From positions 1 to 58,172 of the IMG/VR virus record IMGVR_UViG_3300036766_000221: 58,172 nt of DNA. One strand, given 5' to 3'. Made by a program: the position numbers and the translations under genes. Below are positions 19,034 through 29,532 of the stretch, piece after piece. Every line of letters starts with the position of its first letter. Within the stretch, counting starts at the first letter, position 1. The DNA comes from a virus (taxonomy: Duplodnaviria > Caudoviricetes). The notes below the pieces were generated by a model that saw only the letters and a list, made by a program, of their open reading frames with translations, had not been told where the DNA came from and ran no database searches.

Positions 19034-21166
19034 TTAACTGATTGGAGAAACCGAAAGGAATGCTGCGGTCAAAGTGTTGGCGGAATTAGCCGTTCCCCAA
19101 GTCACTTTCAGATCCAGTGCTTGATCTGCCGCGAAAGTGAGGCCCGTCGTCGTACCAGATGCGCAATTACCTATGGTTCCGGTTGATCCAAGGATCTGCA
19201 TACATCCCGCACCCGTGATGGCCGTCAAGGATGTTACCGTGAAGCGATAATCAATGATCCAACCCGCGCTCCCCTGGCTGAATGTGATCGATGGCGTGAA
19301 TGTCGCCACTGTGACTCCCCCAAGCGAAAGCGTCAAGGTCAGCGTCGGTGGATTAGTTGTGTCGGCCAGAGTACCGGATGAGCGGACAATGATGCTTCGG
19401 CCGGGCAACATGCAACCAGCGCAAATGACATTCGTCCCCCAGAAACCAGATCCTATAATTGAGGTAGCCGATACGGTATTGGAAACCGTCACAGGCGATG
19501 TGACAGAAAACCCGAATGCCTGCGCCGTGTTGGGAAGCTGTGCAATCGGATAGCTCAAATCTCCGACGGATTGTTGCACCCATCCATTTGTGCTCGGGCA
19601 ATAATATTTGTTCCGGCCAAGCGACACGTCGATGGCAAAATACTCTTCGCCTGGTGAGCAGGTAGCTGGTAAGTCAGATAATGCCCCCGTTTTCGAAGGT
19701 ATCGTATGGGCCGCTGTGCTCACATCCTGCGTGCCACCGCTAAAAGCATTCGATTTGTTCGTCTGTACTGCGGTGTTCGGCAATTGAGCGCCGCTGGCCT
19801 GCCCACCCAACATCGAAAAGAGAGGCTGCGCACAGCTCGGCGGAGCATCATTGTTATCTGCTGTCTCGAACAGACCGGATGCGCAAGCGCCTGTACCTCC
19901 GGCGTCATCGTAAAATTGCGTGGAAACTGGATAACTATTGCCGTTGATGGCCTGATTCGATGGCAGCCCCCAGCGCATGACCTGTCCCGCCGAAGGATCC
20001 CCGGATGGGACAAGGCCGACAAGCGATGTCGTGCGCGAATCTTGCCCAGCCAATCCCCAACCTGTTACACCATTAGTCAACAGTTCGGGCCAGAACAGAA
20101 GTGAGGTCTTCGTACCATCGCCTTGCACGCCACCAGGTGCCGTGGCCAGTCCGGTGTTATCTACGCAGAAGAGAGAATCCTGCAACAGTTGGCCATTCGT
20201 GCCGCTCCACCGGGGGACGCAGAGATTCGTGGAGCTATTTGGCCCGGCGACAGTTCCGCCGGAACCGTCAGTACCTTTTTGCGCGAGCAGGCTCCATTTG
20301 CTACCATCAGTCCCCGGTGTGATGTTTGTACTGCTGGCAACCGCGACGTAGCTCGAACCGCTGTAGATAACGCTGTCGTAGGCCGCATAGGCCGTGACAC
20401 TAGACCAAGTGCCGCGCCAGGTGTAGCCCTGACCCGTCGCGCCCGTCGATCCTGTGCTGCCCGTCGTGCCCGTCGGCCCAATGATCGAAGTCGCCGAACC
20501 CCAGACTCCGCCGGACTTCGGGCCGTAAATGGCGTGCGCCGTGTTATCGAGGTAGAAGTCGCCATTATTCCCCGTCCCGCTTGATGGAACTCCGGACCCG
20601 TTCAGAACACTAGTCCCGTTGGTGCCATTGCTTCCGGCTGCGCCGGTACTCCCCGTCGAACCCGTCGCACCTTTAATGTTCGCTATCGGGCTGCCCCAGA
20701 CACCGGAGCCCTTTTGATAAACGTCGCTCGTGTCACTCCGATAGAAGAAATCGCCGTTGGCTCCAGTGCCGTTGGATGGTGCGCCGGAACCCTGAAACCA
20801 AGTAGCGCCGTTATTCCCGGACGGACCTGTTAGACCAGTTTCCCCTGTCTGCCCTATGCCTCCGGTTCCATTGACATTGCATTGGATATTGGCAGTACTA
20901 GAAAAGTTCAAGGTGACCGCATTGACCGTCTGCGCCGACAGGCTAGTGATCGTCACCGGCGCTCCGCTCGTAGTCACAAAGCAGAACGGCACAATGTTCA
21001 GCGTATTCAGATTGTGCGCGATGGTGAGGGAGGTGACGGCAGAAACGGAAGTGGCGGATTGATTCGGCGGTACAGGCCCCCCGCCCCCGCCCCCGCCTTT
21101 CGGAAATTGTGCATAAGCGCACAGACAAACCACCAGCACGGCGGCTATCAATTGTGCCGTCCTCAT
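19034..21166 (-). CDS. Collagen-like fibre protein with signal peptide
   Basis: MRTAQLIAAVLVVCLCAYA-Q; G-X-Y triplets; G.G.P..G.G.NGDFY repeats; WRGTWS..AY..YD.V module. Confidence 0.75.
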   Translation of the reverse strand: MRTAQLIAAVLVVCLCAYAQFPKGGGGGGGPVPPNQSATSVSAVTSLTIAHNLNTLNIVPFCFVTTSGAPVTITSLSAQTVNAVTLNFSSTANIQCNVNGTGGIGQTGETGLTGPSGNNGATWFQGSGAPSNGTGANGDFFYRSDTSDVYQKGSGVWGSPIANIKGATGSTGSTGAAGSNGTNGTSVLNGSGVPSSGTGNNGDFYLDNTAHAIYGPKSGGVWGSATSIIGPTGTTGSTGSTGATGQGYTWRGTWSSVTAYAAYDSVIYSGSSYVAVASSTNITPGTDGSKWSLLAQKGTDGSGGTVAGPNSSTNLCVPRWSGTNGQLLQDSLFCVDNTGLATAPGGVQGDGTKTSLLFWPELLTNGVTGWGLAGQDSRTTSLVGLVPSGDPSAGQVMRWGLPSNQAINGNSYPVSTQFYDDAGGTGACASGLFETADNNDAPPSCAQPLFSMLGGQASGAQLPNTAVQTNKSNAFSGGTQDVSTAAHTIPSKTGALSDLPATCSPGEEYFAIDVSLGRNKYYCPSTNGWVQQSVGDLSYPIAQLPNTAQAFGFSVTSPVTVSNTVSATSIIGSGFWGTNVICAGCMLPGRSIIVRSSGTLADTTNPPTLTLTLSLGGVTVATFTPSITFSQGSAGWIIDYRFTVTSLTAITGAGCMQILGSTGTIGNCASGTTTGLTFAADQALDLKVTWGTANSANTLTAAFLSVSPIS

Positions 21167-21197
21167 GATGTTTTCTCCTGTTGGAATTCGAAGTGGT

Positions 21198-21596
21198 TCA
21201 GGCTTGGATGAATCCGATGTAAGCCTGCGTTTCTTGTGGAAGATGCTCTCGCCAGTCATCATCAGGCCCCACCGAAAGTAACAGCCGCTTCATGCGGCCG
21301 TAACCCCAGTTGTAGGCCGCCAGCGCTTTGCTGATGTCGCCACCGAAGTGAGCCAGCAGACACGCCATATACTTTCCCCAACCTTCAATCGCGGCCTGCG
21401 GGTCCATCGGATCGAATTCCAGCTCCGTGGCGGTGGCTGGCTCGAACTGAAATAGTCCGCATGCCCCACTTGCATGGTTCAGCGCCGCCGGATTGAAGCT
21501 CGATTCCTTTTCGCATTGCCGAATGCCTATTACCGGGTCGATGCCATGCTGTTGCGCGACCGCAGTGATCTGCGCTATGATTTCGTCTTTCGTCAT
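21198..21596 (-). CDS. Lytic transglycosylase (SLT); probable endolysin
   Basis: KESSFNP, GACGLFQF, ALAAYNWG and ETQAY motifs. Confidence 0.9.
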   Translation of the reverse strand: MTKDEIIAQITAVAQQHGIDPVIGIRQCEKESSFNPAALNHASGACGLFQFEPATATELEFDPMDPQAAIEGWGKYMACLLAHFGGDISKALAAYNWGYGRMKRLLLSVGPDDDWREHLPQETQAYIGFIQA

Positions 21597-21598
21597 GG

Positions 21599-22186
21599 CT
21601 ATTTGGCCGCAGGGAGGATTGTTGCAGCCACGGGCTTCGGGCTAGGGAATGTGCTGGCGAATGCAGTAAACGTCGCACCCGCGCCGGCCTCAAGAGTCAC
21701 TGGAGCCATAAGAACCGTCCCGAACAATCCAGCAAGCGGAGGCTCCGTCTGATTGATGAGGGCCGCTACTTTGTGGAACACGGGAATCGCAGCCGTGATG
21801 CCAACCTGCCAGCCAGTCGAGGCAGCAATCACCTTACCGGCCATCATCACAGCTACCGCCCCAGCCGTGGCTTCGGCGTTATCCGCCCCGAAGGTCAACA
21901 GCCTTGCCACCTTGTTCCGCGGTTTGTTTTCATAACGATTCGTCAGAAGGAGCTGCGCGCGATTTGGCCCGAACCACGGAACGCCCGGAGCCGCCATATA
22001 CACTTTTTCAGCGGATAGAATCACGCGGGCGGCCCCTTCGTTGGAGAGCATCACGGTCCAAATCCCGACGCCTTTGCCCTTCCCGAAATTGGCAGCGGTG
22101 GCGGTCCCGCTCTCTGGAGTGAACAACACATTGACCTGAGCCTGAATGCTCAGGCAGAACAGAAACACTGAGATAATCGTTTTCAT
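21599..22186 (-). CDS. Hypothetical exported protein
   Basis: MKTIISVFLFCLSIQA-Q signal peptide. Confidence 0.7.
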   Translation of the reverse strand: MKTIISVFLFCLSIQAQVNVLFTPESGTATAANFGKGKGVGIWTVMLSNEGAARVILSAEKVYMAAPGVPWFGPNRAQLLLTNRYENKPRNKVARLLTFGADNAEATAGAVAVMMAGKVIAASTGWQVGITAAIPVFHKVAALINQTEPPLAGLFGTVLMAPVTLEAGAGATFTAFASTFPSPKPVAATILPAAK

Positions 22187-22196
22187 TTCCCACTCC

Positions 22197-22397
22197 TTAG
22201 CGAATCCCGATGAGCCTCTGGCATGTCGCCGCCATCCGGCAACATTTCACGTCGAGCGCTTCGTAAATCTGAGGCATGGCGTTTACATCCCAATAGCTGC
22301 GGCCCAGTAATTCGCTGAGTTCTTGACGCAGTTCGGCGAAGCGTTGCTCGGGCGGCGTCTCAGAATGGTCCTGTTCGAGAGACGCGCCGCGCGACAT
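22197..22397 (-). CDS. Hypothetical protein
   Basis: Fills the operon gap. Confidence 0.5.
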   Translation of the reverse strand: MSRGASLEQDHSETPPEQRFAELRQELSELLGRSYWDVNAMPQIYEALDVKCCRMAATCQRLIGIR

Positions 22398-22402
22398 GGT
22401 TG

Positions 22403-22861
22403 CTACTTCCCTTGCATGACCTGCGTGAGCGTCTTGCCAGGAGGGAGACTAGTCTTAATATCAGCGGTCAAGGCCGCTAGGTCCGCGTGCCACCCATAAA
22501 CGCTTACCAGAATGCGGTCAAGGTCAGCCGGGCCACCACGGTCTAAACGCCTCTTCAGCGCCGCCGCAAGTTCCACACCCCGATATATCGACTGATACGG
22601 AGTGGGTGGACCCTTCGCCCCGGTATCGCGGACCTTGATATAAGCGTTGATCTGGTCCACGTCGGGGTCTATGCCGGCGTCTATCAAGTCCTCCTCCATG
22701 TACACCCCGTTCATCGCAAACGGGAAAGTGGTGGGTTGCATCGGGCCAAACGCGATAATCAGCCCGCTCATTTTCAATTTGGCCATGCGGGCCTGTACGT
22801 CTCGCGCTTGCGCGAGCGTCACATTGTTGTCCGGGCTAGATCCGGCGAATGATACGTTCAT
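22403..22861 (-). CDS. Hypothetical protein
   Basis: ATG with SD; in the late operon. Confidence 0.7.
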   Translation of the reverse strand: MNVSFAGSSPDNNVTLAQARDVQARMAKLKMSGLIIAFGPMQPTTFPFAMNGVYMEEDLIDAGIDPDVDQINAYIKVRDTGAKGPPTPYQSIYRGVELAAALKRRLDRGGPADLDRILVSVYGWHADLAALTADIKTSLPPGKTLTQVMQGK

Positions 22862-22875
22862 TTCTTTCCCCCTTT

Positions 22876-23211
22876 TTAAGTTCCAGTGCGGTTACGACGT
22901 AGCGTCTTATAGAGCATAAGAACACCTCGGAAAAAATTGCCCTGCTGGTCATTCGTCAGGAATCCGTCCGTGGCAGTCCAAACTTTCATCAAGTCCGTCA
23001 TCCCCCCGCCATCTGTGAGATATGCTTTCAGGGATGCCCAATTCGCGGTTGTGAGTGCCGCCGGTAGCGGGGGATTTTTGGCAATCTCGGCAGTATTCGC
23101 ACGCTGTTGCGCTTCATCAAACAAAATGGCTGCTGCTGATCCTACGGCCTCTGCATTTGCGGCCAAGTAGGAATCCGCAGCCGTGCGCAGGTTCGTTTCT
23201 TCGATGGTCAT
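22876..23211 (-). CDS. Hypothetical protein
   Basis: ATGA overlap with upstream gene. Confidence 0.7.
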   Translation of the reverse strand: MTIEETNLRTAADSYLAANAEAVGSAAAILFDEAQQRANTAEIAKNPPLPAALTTANWASLKAYLTDGGGMTDLMKVWTATDGFLTNDQQGNFFRGVLMLYKTLRRNRTGT

Positions 23212-23483
23212 GTTCTGGTCCGTTGGTCCAGCAGAGATCCAGCAGAAGAGGCAAGTCCATTCAGTTTGCTCGCCTCTCCAGCGGCCACCTCCATCTTCTC
23301 GGATAGATCAGACAACATCTGCATCGTATGGAGCGCCGTAAAACCAGAGCGATCCGCAGCAAGCGCCCAGATTCCCGGCACTCCATGGACATCTGCGATG
23401 GTCTGAAGGATCAGGCTCAACCGCGCCCATTCGCGTTCAACGATGACCCGCTCATTAGCCGTGAAGGTCAAAAGGTTTTCCAT
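23208..23483 (-). CDS. Hypothetical protein
   Basis: Directly follows the tail protein. Confidence 0.65.
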   Translation of the reverse strand: MENLLTFTANERVIVEREWARLSLILQTIADVHGVPGIWALAADRSGFTALHTMQMLSDLSEKMEVAAGEASKLNGLASSAGSLLDQRTRT

Positions 23484-23486
23484 AAT

Positions 23487-26114
23487 TTAGCTTTCTACCC
23501 AGCGATGCAGACCACTGAGGTTGTCCTTAAATGCCAAACACTGCTTTAAGAGCGTCGTGTCGAAATACTCAAACATTTCTCCAGGCAGCCATGTAGCTCC
23601 AAGCGACGTTGATAGAGCCGCAAGGCTGGCAAAGTTTCCTGGCTGGCGTGGCATCAGACCGCCATTTGCGTTGATTCGAGTAGTCCCGCCCACACGAAAA
23701 CCGCCGTAGGCGTCGATGTATCCACCAGAAAAAACGGTGATGTTGCCGCCGTTGTTGAGATGGATGTAGGAAGACGATCCGTACATGTCGAACGTCGCAC
23801 CGCTACCGTTGCCTGCTATTAAGGCTAGAGACGTTGATGCGCCGCCCGGCGGATAGAGCAAGAGGCTGCCTCCGGTGCCACCTGAATCATAGAGCAGCAC
23901 CGAGCTGGCGGCGACGGTGTTTAGAAACTGTAGGGCCTGCGCTGTTAGTTGACCTTTCTGGTTGCTCCCGTTTATGGCAACTTGAAGACCTGCCGGCCCA
24001 AGTCCTGAGGTCGCGTTGTTGATGGTGGTCGTGATCCCGTTGAGGTTTAGGACAAGAGTAATGCCATTGAAGGCACCCGCTGTCACCTGACCTGCCGTGA
24101 CCGTCCCCAGGTACGCGACTCCCGCCGCAATCGTTCCGGCAATGAGGTCCTGCGGATCGGTACCCTTGCTCCATACATTCGCCACATTCCGGTACAACTT
24201 TCCATCGCCCGTATTGAAGATGATGGCACCAACAGGGTAACTGGCATTCGGAAGCCCAGGATTTGAACTCACTACAACAACAGGACGCTTATCCGAAGCG
24301 TACTTCGACAAATCGCCAAGCGAGCCGGCGGCTAGATGCGTGGACTGAATCGTGCCCAGCATTACCGTGGCTTGCGAACCAGAGAGGCCAAGCGGGGAGC
24401 TTAGGTTCAGCGTGGCGGAATTCCCGCTAAACGTGATGCCATTGCCTGCGTCAAGCTGGAGTTTCGATGAAGCGACTTTGATACCAGCGCCCACCGTACT
24501 CAGATCGGCCTGATTCAGCCGCGCGCCAGTCGATGCTGTGAGCGCAAAACCGAACGTAACCGATGCGGAATAGTTTGGCTGGTCCAGCGCATTTACCGGC
24601 GTCGCTTTAGCGAGCACCCAGGAACCGAGCGAGCCTCTTACGTGCCAGCCAGTTTCTTCAGCAGGCGACGTAAGAACTGGATCGGCTACCAGGAAGTACA
24701 CAGCCCCAGCAGATGGCACATAACTTCCGCCATGGGTCGCCGGGTCATCGCAGAAAATCATCTCCACTCGAAGCCCGACGAAGTTCGGATCGCTCACCGG
24801 CGGCGTGAATGTGTACTTGAAATGAAATTGCGGAGTCGGGGAGTTAGGATCGTCGATGATCGTGACTGTAAATCCGGTGACTGCTCCAGGCGGATTATTA
24901 TCGGGAATACGCCCGCCGGTCGCTGGCGTGATCGTGAAATTGTATGTCACTGCCGCAGCGACGTTCTGCTGCCAGAGCTGATTGAGTGGAATCGCCCTTG
25001 CAATGAACCACCCCTGAAGAGAGCCACGAGGCCACCAACCGGACTGTTCGGCGGGCGATACTGTAGCCGATTCAACGACAAGAAAATAGGCAGCACCGGA
25101 AGCCGGAACATAGCTGCCGCCATGCAAGCTCGGGTTGTCGCATTGAATCATTTCGATTCGAAGGCCGGCCCAGTTCGGATCAGCCGGAGCCGTGAACAGA
25201 AACTTGAAATGCGCCTGCTGAACTGGAGAAGCGGAATCGCTGACAATCACTACCGAGAAGCCACTTACCGCTGAAGCTGGGCCATTGCCCGGAAGTGGAC
25301 CGCCGCCAGCCGCAGTCAGCGCAAACCCGTAGGTCACCGCACCAGCAGCATTCGGAATGTCCAGCTTGTTGACCGGCGTGGCTTTGGCCAGCACCCAGGA
25401 GCCTACCGACCCTCGCACATGCCAGCCGATCTCTTCGGCTGGAGAAACCGTCACCGGATCGGCTACGAGGAAGTAGGTAGCCCCCGCCGATGGAACATAG
25501 CTTCCGCCATGAGTCGCCGGATCATCGCAGAAAATCATCTCAATGCGCAGGCCGTAGAAATTCGGATCAGATGCCGGCGGAGTGAACGTGTACTTGAAAT
25601 GAAATTGCGGGACCGGAGAAGTGGCATCATTGACAATTGTCACTGTGAAGCCGGTGACGCCTCCCGATGCCCCGGTTCCGGGCGAATATCCAGTGACCGA
25701 AACGGAAACCTTGGTAGCCGCGATACTTTCATCTGGAGGATCAAAAGCGCCGTTGTCACCCCGCGTGGCGACCACGTAAACCCAGGTCTGAGTAATCAGA
25801 GGTCGCTCGGCAGTAACGACGAAGTCCTGCGTAGCAGGAACCAAGTTCGTATAGGGATAGAACCCCGTAATGGGAGTCAGGACTCCCGTCGCTTTGTCTA
25901 TCACGATGTCGAATCCGGCTACGTGAATATCGTTGGCTGGAGTGATTCGGATTGAAACATCAACATACTGACTGACACCGTCGTCGCCAACACGATACCG
26001 GGGATTCGACGCCCACCCTCCAGGTAATGGACTAAGCGCGACGGAGGTGGGGGCGCCAACGACTTCGGGCGTTGTGCCGGAACCAGGTCCGGTTAAAACA
26101 GTCCAGCGTCCCAT
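23487..26114 (-). CDS. Tail-associated protein with three tandem ~130-aa beta-rich repeats
   Basis: VTGFTVTI..D..SP.PQFHFKYTFTPP..DPNF.GLR.EMIFCDDPATHGGSY three times; follows the tail-tip gene. Confidence 0.75.
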   Translation of the reverse strand: MGRWTVLTGPGSGTTPEVVGAPTSVALSPLPGGWASNPRYRVGDDGVSQYVDVSIRITPANDIHVAGFDIVIDKATGVLTPITGFYPYTNLVPATQDFVVTAERPLITQTWVYVVATRGDNGAFDPPDESIAATKVSVSVTGYSPGTGASGGVTGFTVTIVNDATSPVPQFHFKYTFTPPASDPNFYGLRIEMIFCDDPATHGGSYVPSAGATYFLVADPVTVSPAEEIGWHVRGSVGSWVLAKATPVNKLDIPNAAGAVTYGFALTAAGGGPLPGNGPASAVSGFSVVIVSDSASPVQQAHFKFLFTAPADPNWAGLRIEMIQCDNPSLHGGSYVPASGAAYFLVVESATVSPAEQSGWWPRGSLQGWFIARAIPLNQLWQQNVAAAVTYNFTITPATGGRIPDNNPPGAVTGFTVTIIDDPNSPTPQFHFKYTFTPPVSDPNFVGLRVEMIFCDDPATHGGSYVPSAGAVYFLVADPVLTSPAEETGWHVRGSLGSWVLAKATPVNALDQPNYSASVTFGFALTASTGARLNQADLSTVGAGIKVASSKLQLDAGNGITFSGNSATLNLSSPLGLSGSQATVMLGTIQSTHLAAGSLGDLSKYASDKRPVVVVSSNPGLPNASYPVGAIIFNTGDGKLYRNVANVWSKGTDPQDLIAGTIAAGVAYLGTVTAGQVTAGAFNGITLVLNLNGITTTINNATSGLGPAGLQVAINGSNQKGQLTAQALQFLNTVAASSVLLYDSGGTGGSLLLYPPGGASTSLALIAGNGSGATFDMYGSSSYIHLNNGGNITVFSGGYIDAYGGFRVGGTTRINANGGLMPRQPGNFASLAALSTSLGATWLPGEMFEYFDTTLLKQCLAFKDNLSGLHRWVES

Positions 26115-26117
26115 CAG

Positions 26118-28637
26118 CTAACCATTTGAAAGAATTTCGGCCTCTTGTTGCGGCTCACTCAATATGAGGGTGGATAGTTCATTTATCGTGTCGCCTGCGG
26201 CGGCGGCAATCGTGACATGATTCGAAGTGTTATCCGTTTTTTGTATTGTGATCCTGTCCCCGATCTCAATCTCCGCCTTCAGCAGCGTGTAGACGATAGA
26301 GCCAGCAGTTGCATCGGCCAACACCAAAGAATCACCGGGCAACTGCGTACAACTTGCCGTTATCCGCCTCGGATTAGGATTGTTGAGAACATAGGAGACG
26401 GAACTCAGAACGAAAAGATTCTGCTGTTGCGCGCCGGTCTTATTGAAACTGGCGAACTTGAAATATCTGGTTTGCCCTATATCCGTCACGTCGAAGCGGT
26501 ACGCAAACATCGAAGCATCAAGCATGCAGAACGTGGAGCCAATTGTGTGCGCCGCTATCGGAGTTCCGAATACGCCGCGGCGAAGGTAAGTAATGTCGTA
26601 CTTGTCCGGTGCGGTGAGTGTCGCCGTTTCGTAGGCGATAATCTCTTCGTCCACCAGAACCAGGGACAGAAAGCCATCCGCCTGCGCTTGGGTGAACGAT
26701 GCCAGCTTCGCTCCGCTCATCGTCATGTCTACCAAAAGCGTGTGCGTCGTATCGGGGTCGGCGTTCGCCCCCAGCGATGCAGTCAAAACGCCCATGGCAG
26801 AAGGTCCATTCTGCATGCCGATGTTTTCGAAGGTGGCGTTATCGGTGGACATGAAGACGGAGCATCCGCCCCAATTCACAGCCCCGCTCAGGCCGATCCA
26901 AAGAGCGAATCCCTGCTTCTTTGTCATCTGATCCGGAGGCTCGAAAAATGTTGGAGCGTTGGTCATCCCAGGATCGGAAAAGAATCCTGGCCCGAATGAA
27001 GATGTGCCCTGTTTTGGGTGAAGCGTAGGCGTAGCCGTCCCCCATGGGAACTCTTCAGCCGTGATGCTCAGCGTGCCTTGCTCGTCTTCGTCGATTGACA
27101 GAATGCGAACAGGCTGCTTGTTGAGGCCCAAGTAGAGATCAGAAATCGTCACCAGATCCATCGGTTCCAAAAGGCAATATTGCCAACCCAGCCGGAACGT
27201 GTATTGATTGCGAACATAGACGGACTTGGCGAGTTCGGTGTTCGCGACCTTCGCGGCTACGTCATGCGTCGTGATCCCGTGGAGCTGGAGAACCGAGGCC
27301 GGCCGCAACCCGTAAACCGCGATGGCTGCATCGTCCTTTTCGTCTATCGTCTCTGCATTGTAGCCGTTGCCGCGATTCAGCCACTCGACAAGAACCTGGT
27401 TATAGGCATCCCGCACAGTCGGACGATTGACGATGACCGGGTCCTGCCCGGCTTGGTCTAGAAAATCATCGTCGCCGAGGTCGTAGATCGGCTGAGTATC
27501 GGGCGTAAAGGTCGCGCCGTTTCCGATTGCCGTGGTATCGCCATAGGGCCGAAACTTTAGCAACCCTTCAGAGAAAACCGGGACCGTATTCCCAACAAGG
27601 CACAGGTCGCCAATCCACTGCAAGGCTGAGCGCTGGGTGTCGATAAGGGGGGAAATAAAGAGGCTGTTGGCTTTGCAATAAGCGGAGAATTTGGAGAGAT
27701 CGCCAATTGAGGCGGACGGGAACCCAGCGCCATAATGCGGATTGCTGAGCAAATCGTAAACCGCCATCGACGGTTCAGCGTCAACGATTCCGCCACCGAA
27801 TTGCAAAAGTCCGGCAATCTCAAGAGACAGATTAGAGATTGCTCCAGAGGAGCCAAGGTCCATTGCTTCGTTGGCGATGTAGGCTAGTTCGCTGTAGCCG
27901 ATGGCCTGCTCGGGATGATGACTGCTCAGGTAGGGCCAAGGCGACTGTCCGAGCGCCCCGGTGAACAGAGAGAAGGCGAGATTGCCGAGCGGATTGTTCA
28001 GCGACCCGTCGGCATTAGGGATGACCCAAGAGTAGCTGATTTGGACTTGCAGACCAGCATCAGCCGCCGCAAAGTCGTAGGAGCCATCTAGATTCAGTTT
28101 GTATTGGCCGACTCCTGGTGTTCCGCTAGTAGGCACCAGGGGTATCTGCTGCGTCCCAGAAAGCGTAACCGACCCCGGCGATCCATAATCGTTCGCGCTC
28201 TGGCTGTAGGAATGCGCACCGGCTACGCCGTGATCGATGAGAAGGTTTGCTTCGTTCGCCGGGTGATACGTCCCGCCGCCACCGGGGATTGTATACGGCT
28301 CTGTCGATGTGCCAAGCGCAAGCCGGGTTCGGTTGTACCAGACGTTGCGGACGCCGAGGATTTGACCCTCGCATAGGCCGATGATGATGGCAGTTTTGTA
28401 GTCATACTGTTGGGAGGAACCTCCGCCACCTTTGCCTTTCCCGCCACTCCCGCCCTTTTTCCCACCGGAACTTATGGGTATCGCTTGCCAATCATTGACC
28501 CAAATCGTATTTCCGGCGAGCCTCGTCTGGCCATAAAGAATTGGGACAACTGTGCCGTAGAGAGAGGTCTGGACACGGTAGCCGACAAGTTTGTTGTTGA
28601 GCTGCGAGTTCGTGGCGTGTGAACCGAAAAGACTCAT
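26118..28637 (-). CDS. Tail tip/host-specificity (central fibre-hub, GTA-like) protein
   Basis: QTS.YG..VPILYGQTR.AGN, GLCEG.I, LEPMDLVT and YLRRG..GT motifs. Confidence 0.85.
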   Translation of the reverse strand: MSLFGSHATNSQLNNKLVGYRVQTSLYGTVVPILYGQTRLAGNTIWVNDWQAIPISSGGKKGGSGGKGKGGGGSSQQYDYKTAIIIGLCEGQILGVRNVWYNRTRLALGTSTEPYTIPGGGGTYHPANEANLLIDHGVAGAHSYSQSANDYGSPGSVTLSGTQQIPLVPTSGTPGVGQYKLNLDGSYDFAAADAGLQVQISYSWVIPNADGSLNNPLGNLAFSLFTGALGQSPWPYLSSHHPEQAIGYSELAYIANEAMDLGSSGAISNLSLEIAGLLQFGGGIVDAEPSMAVYDLLSNPHYGAGFPSASIGDLSKFSAYCKANSLFISPLIDTQRSALQWIGDLCLVGNTVPVFSEGLLKFRPYGDTTAIGNGATFTPDTQPIYDLGDDDFLDQAGQDPVIVNRPTVRDAYNQVLVEWLNRGNGYNAETIDEKDDAAIAVYGLRPASVLQLHGITTHDVAAKVANTELAKSVYVRNQYTFRLGWQYCLLEPMDLVTISDLYLGLNKQPVRILSIDEDEQGTLSITAEEFPWGTATPTLHPKQGTSSFGPGFFSDPGMTNAPTFFEPPDQMTKKQGFALWIGLSGAVNWGGCSVFMSTDNATFENIGMQNGPSAMGVLTASLGANADPDTTHTLLVDMTMSGAKLASFTQAQADGFLSLVLVDEEIIAYETATLTAPDKYDITYLRRGVFGTPIAAHTIGSTFCMLDASMFAYRFDVTDIGQTRYFKFASFNKTGAQQQNLFVLSSVSYVLNNPNPRRITASCTQLPGDSLVLADATAGSIVYTLLKAEIEIGDRITIQKTDNTSNHVTIAAAAGDTINELSTLILSEPQQEAEILSNG

Positions 28638-28742
28638 GAGAAGTAGAAAAGTGACCACGGCATTTCGTCTGACAACATTAAAGGAAGGCGAAGCATCATA
28701 CTGTGCTCTGGCAGCCAGCCCCGCCTTCCCTTTCTCTGCGCC

Positions 28743-29084
28743 TCAAGTGGTAGACGCAGGGGCGGGAGCAGGCGGGGCTACTGGCGTATTCGCGGTGATG
28801 GCTGCGGATAGTGCCGTCGCGCTTGCCGATAAACTGTCGGCCAAGGTCTTCACCTGCACGGGATCTTCGGCGGCAGCGGCAAACTTCTCCGCCAAGCCCT
28901 GAATCAGTTGGACCGCCGACGCTTCAAGTTGCGTATTCTTCGTTACTTGATCTGTGAGTACTTGCAATTCCGGTGTCATAGATGCGAATTTAGCTCCTAT
29001 CAAAGTTGTCAGCGCCGCGAATCCGGCTTGGACTTCTGCTCGTAGCGCGGCAAGGTCTGAACTGCTGGCCCACCAAAAGCTCAT
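28743..29084 (-). CDS. Coiled-coil hypothetical protein
   Basis: ATGA overlap; heptad-rich sequence. Confidence 0.65.
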   Translation of the reverse strand: MSFWWASSSDLAALRAEVQAGFAALTTLIGAKFASMTPELQVLTDQVTKNTQLEASAVQLIQGLAEKFAAAAEDPVQVKTLADSLSASATALSAAITANTPVAPPAPAPASTT

Positions 29085-29530
29085 AGCCAATCGTTCGGAC
29101 GAAAGAAACGCGCGCCGCGCCTCTCTAATGGGGCCTTAGAAGCGTCGGCCAACTCTACCCCGCTGATCCAATGGGCATGGACGATCAGCGGCCAGGCGAT
29201 CACAATTCCCGAATGGCTGTAAAGCCTTCCGACGCGAAAGAGCACGATGTCTCCAGGCTCGGGAAACCCAGGAACTTCTCGCGCGAACTGGCCCAGCAAA
29301 TCGAGGTACCGCTCATCTCCTGCATGCAGATGCCAGTCATGTGGCCAGTGGCCGACTTCGGCCGGGACTGGAACACCAGCAGCGGCATAAACCGCACACA
29401 GTAGTTGGCCGCAATCTACCCCCGCTCCTAATACTCGTCCACCCTGGTGGAATGGCGTGCCGATCCACCGTCTGGCTTCCGCGAGGCATTTCTCACGCTG
29501 CTCAGCGATTGTAAGACTTTCCCATACCAT
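29081..29530 (-). CDS. NlpC/P60 tail-assembly peptidase
   Basis: WIGTPFH, GVDC, PGDIVLF and HSGI motifs. Confidence 0.9.
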   Translation of the reverse strand: MVWESLTIAEQREKCLAEARRWIGTPFHQGGRVLGAGVDCGQLLCAVYAAAGVPVPAEVGHWPHDWHLHAGDERYLDLLGQFAREVPGFPEPGDIVLFRVGRLYSHSGIVIAWPLIVHAHWISGVELADASKAPLERRGARFFRPNDWL

Positions 29531-29532
29531 GT

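Noticed and set aside
23487-26114. Diversity-generating retroelement TR/VR pair
   Set aside because: Repeats are in-frame domain duplications without adenine-specific differences; no reverse transcriptase found
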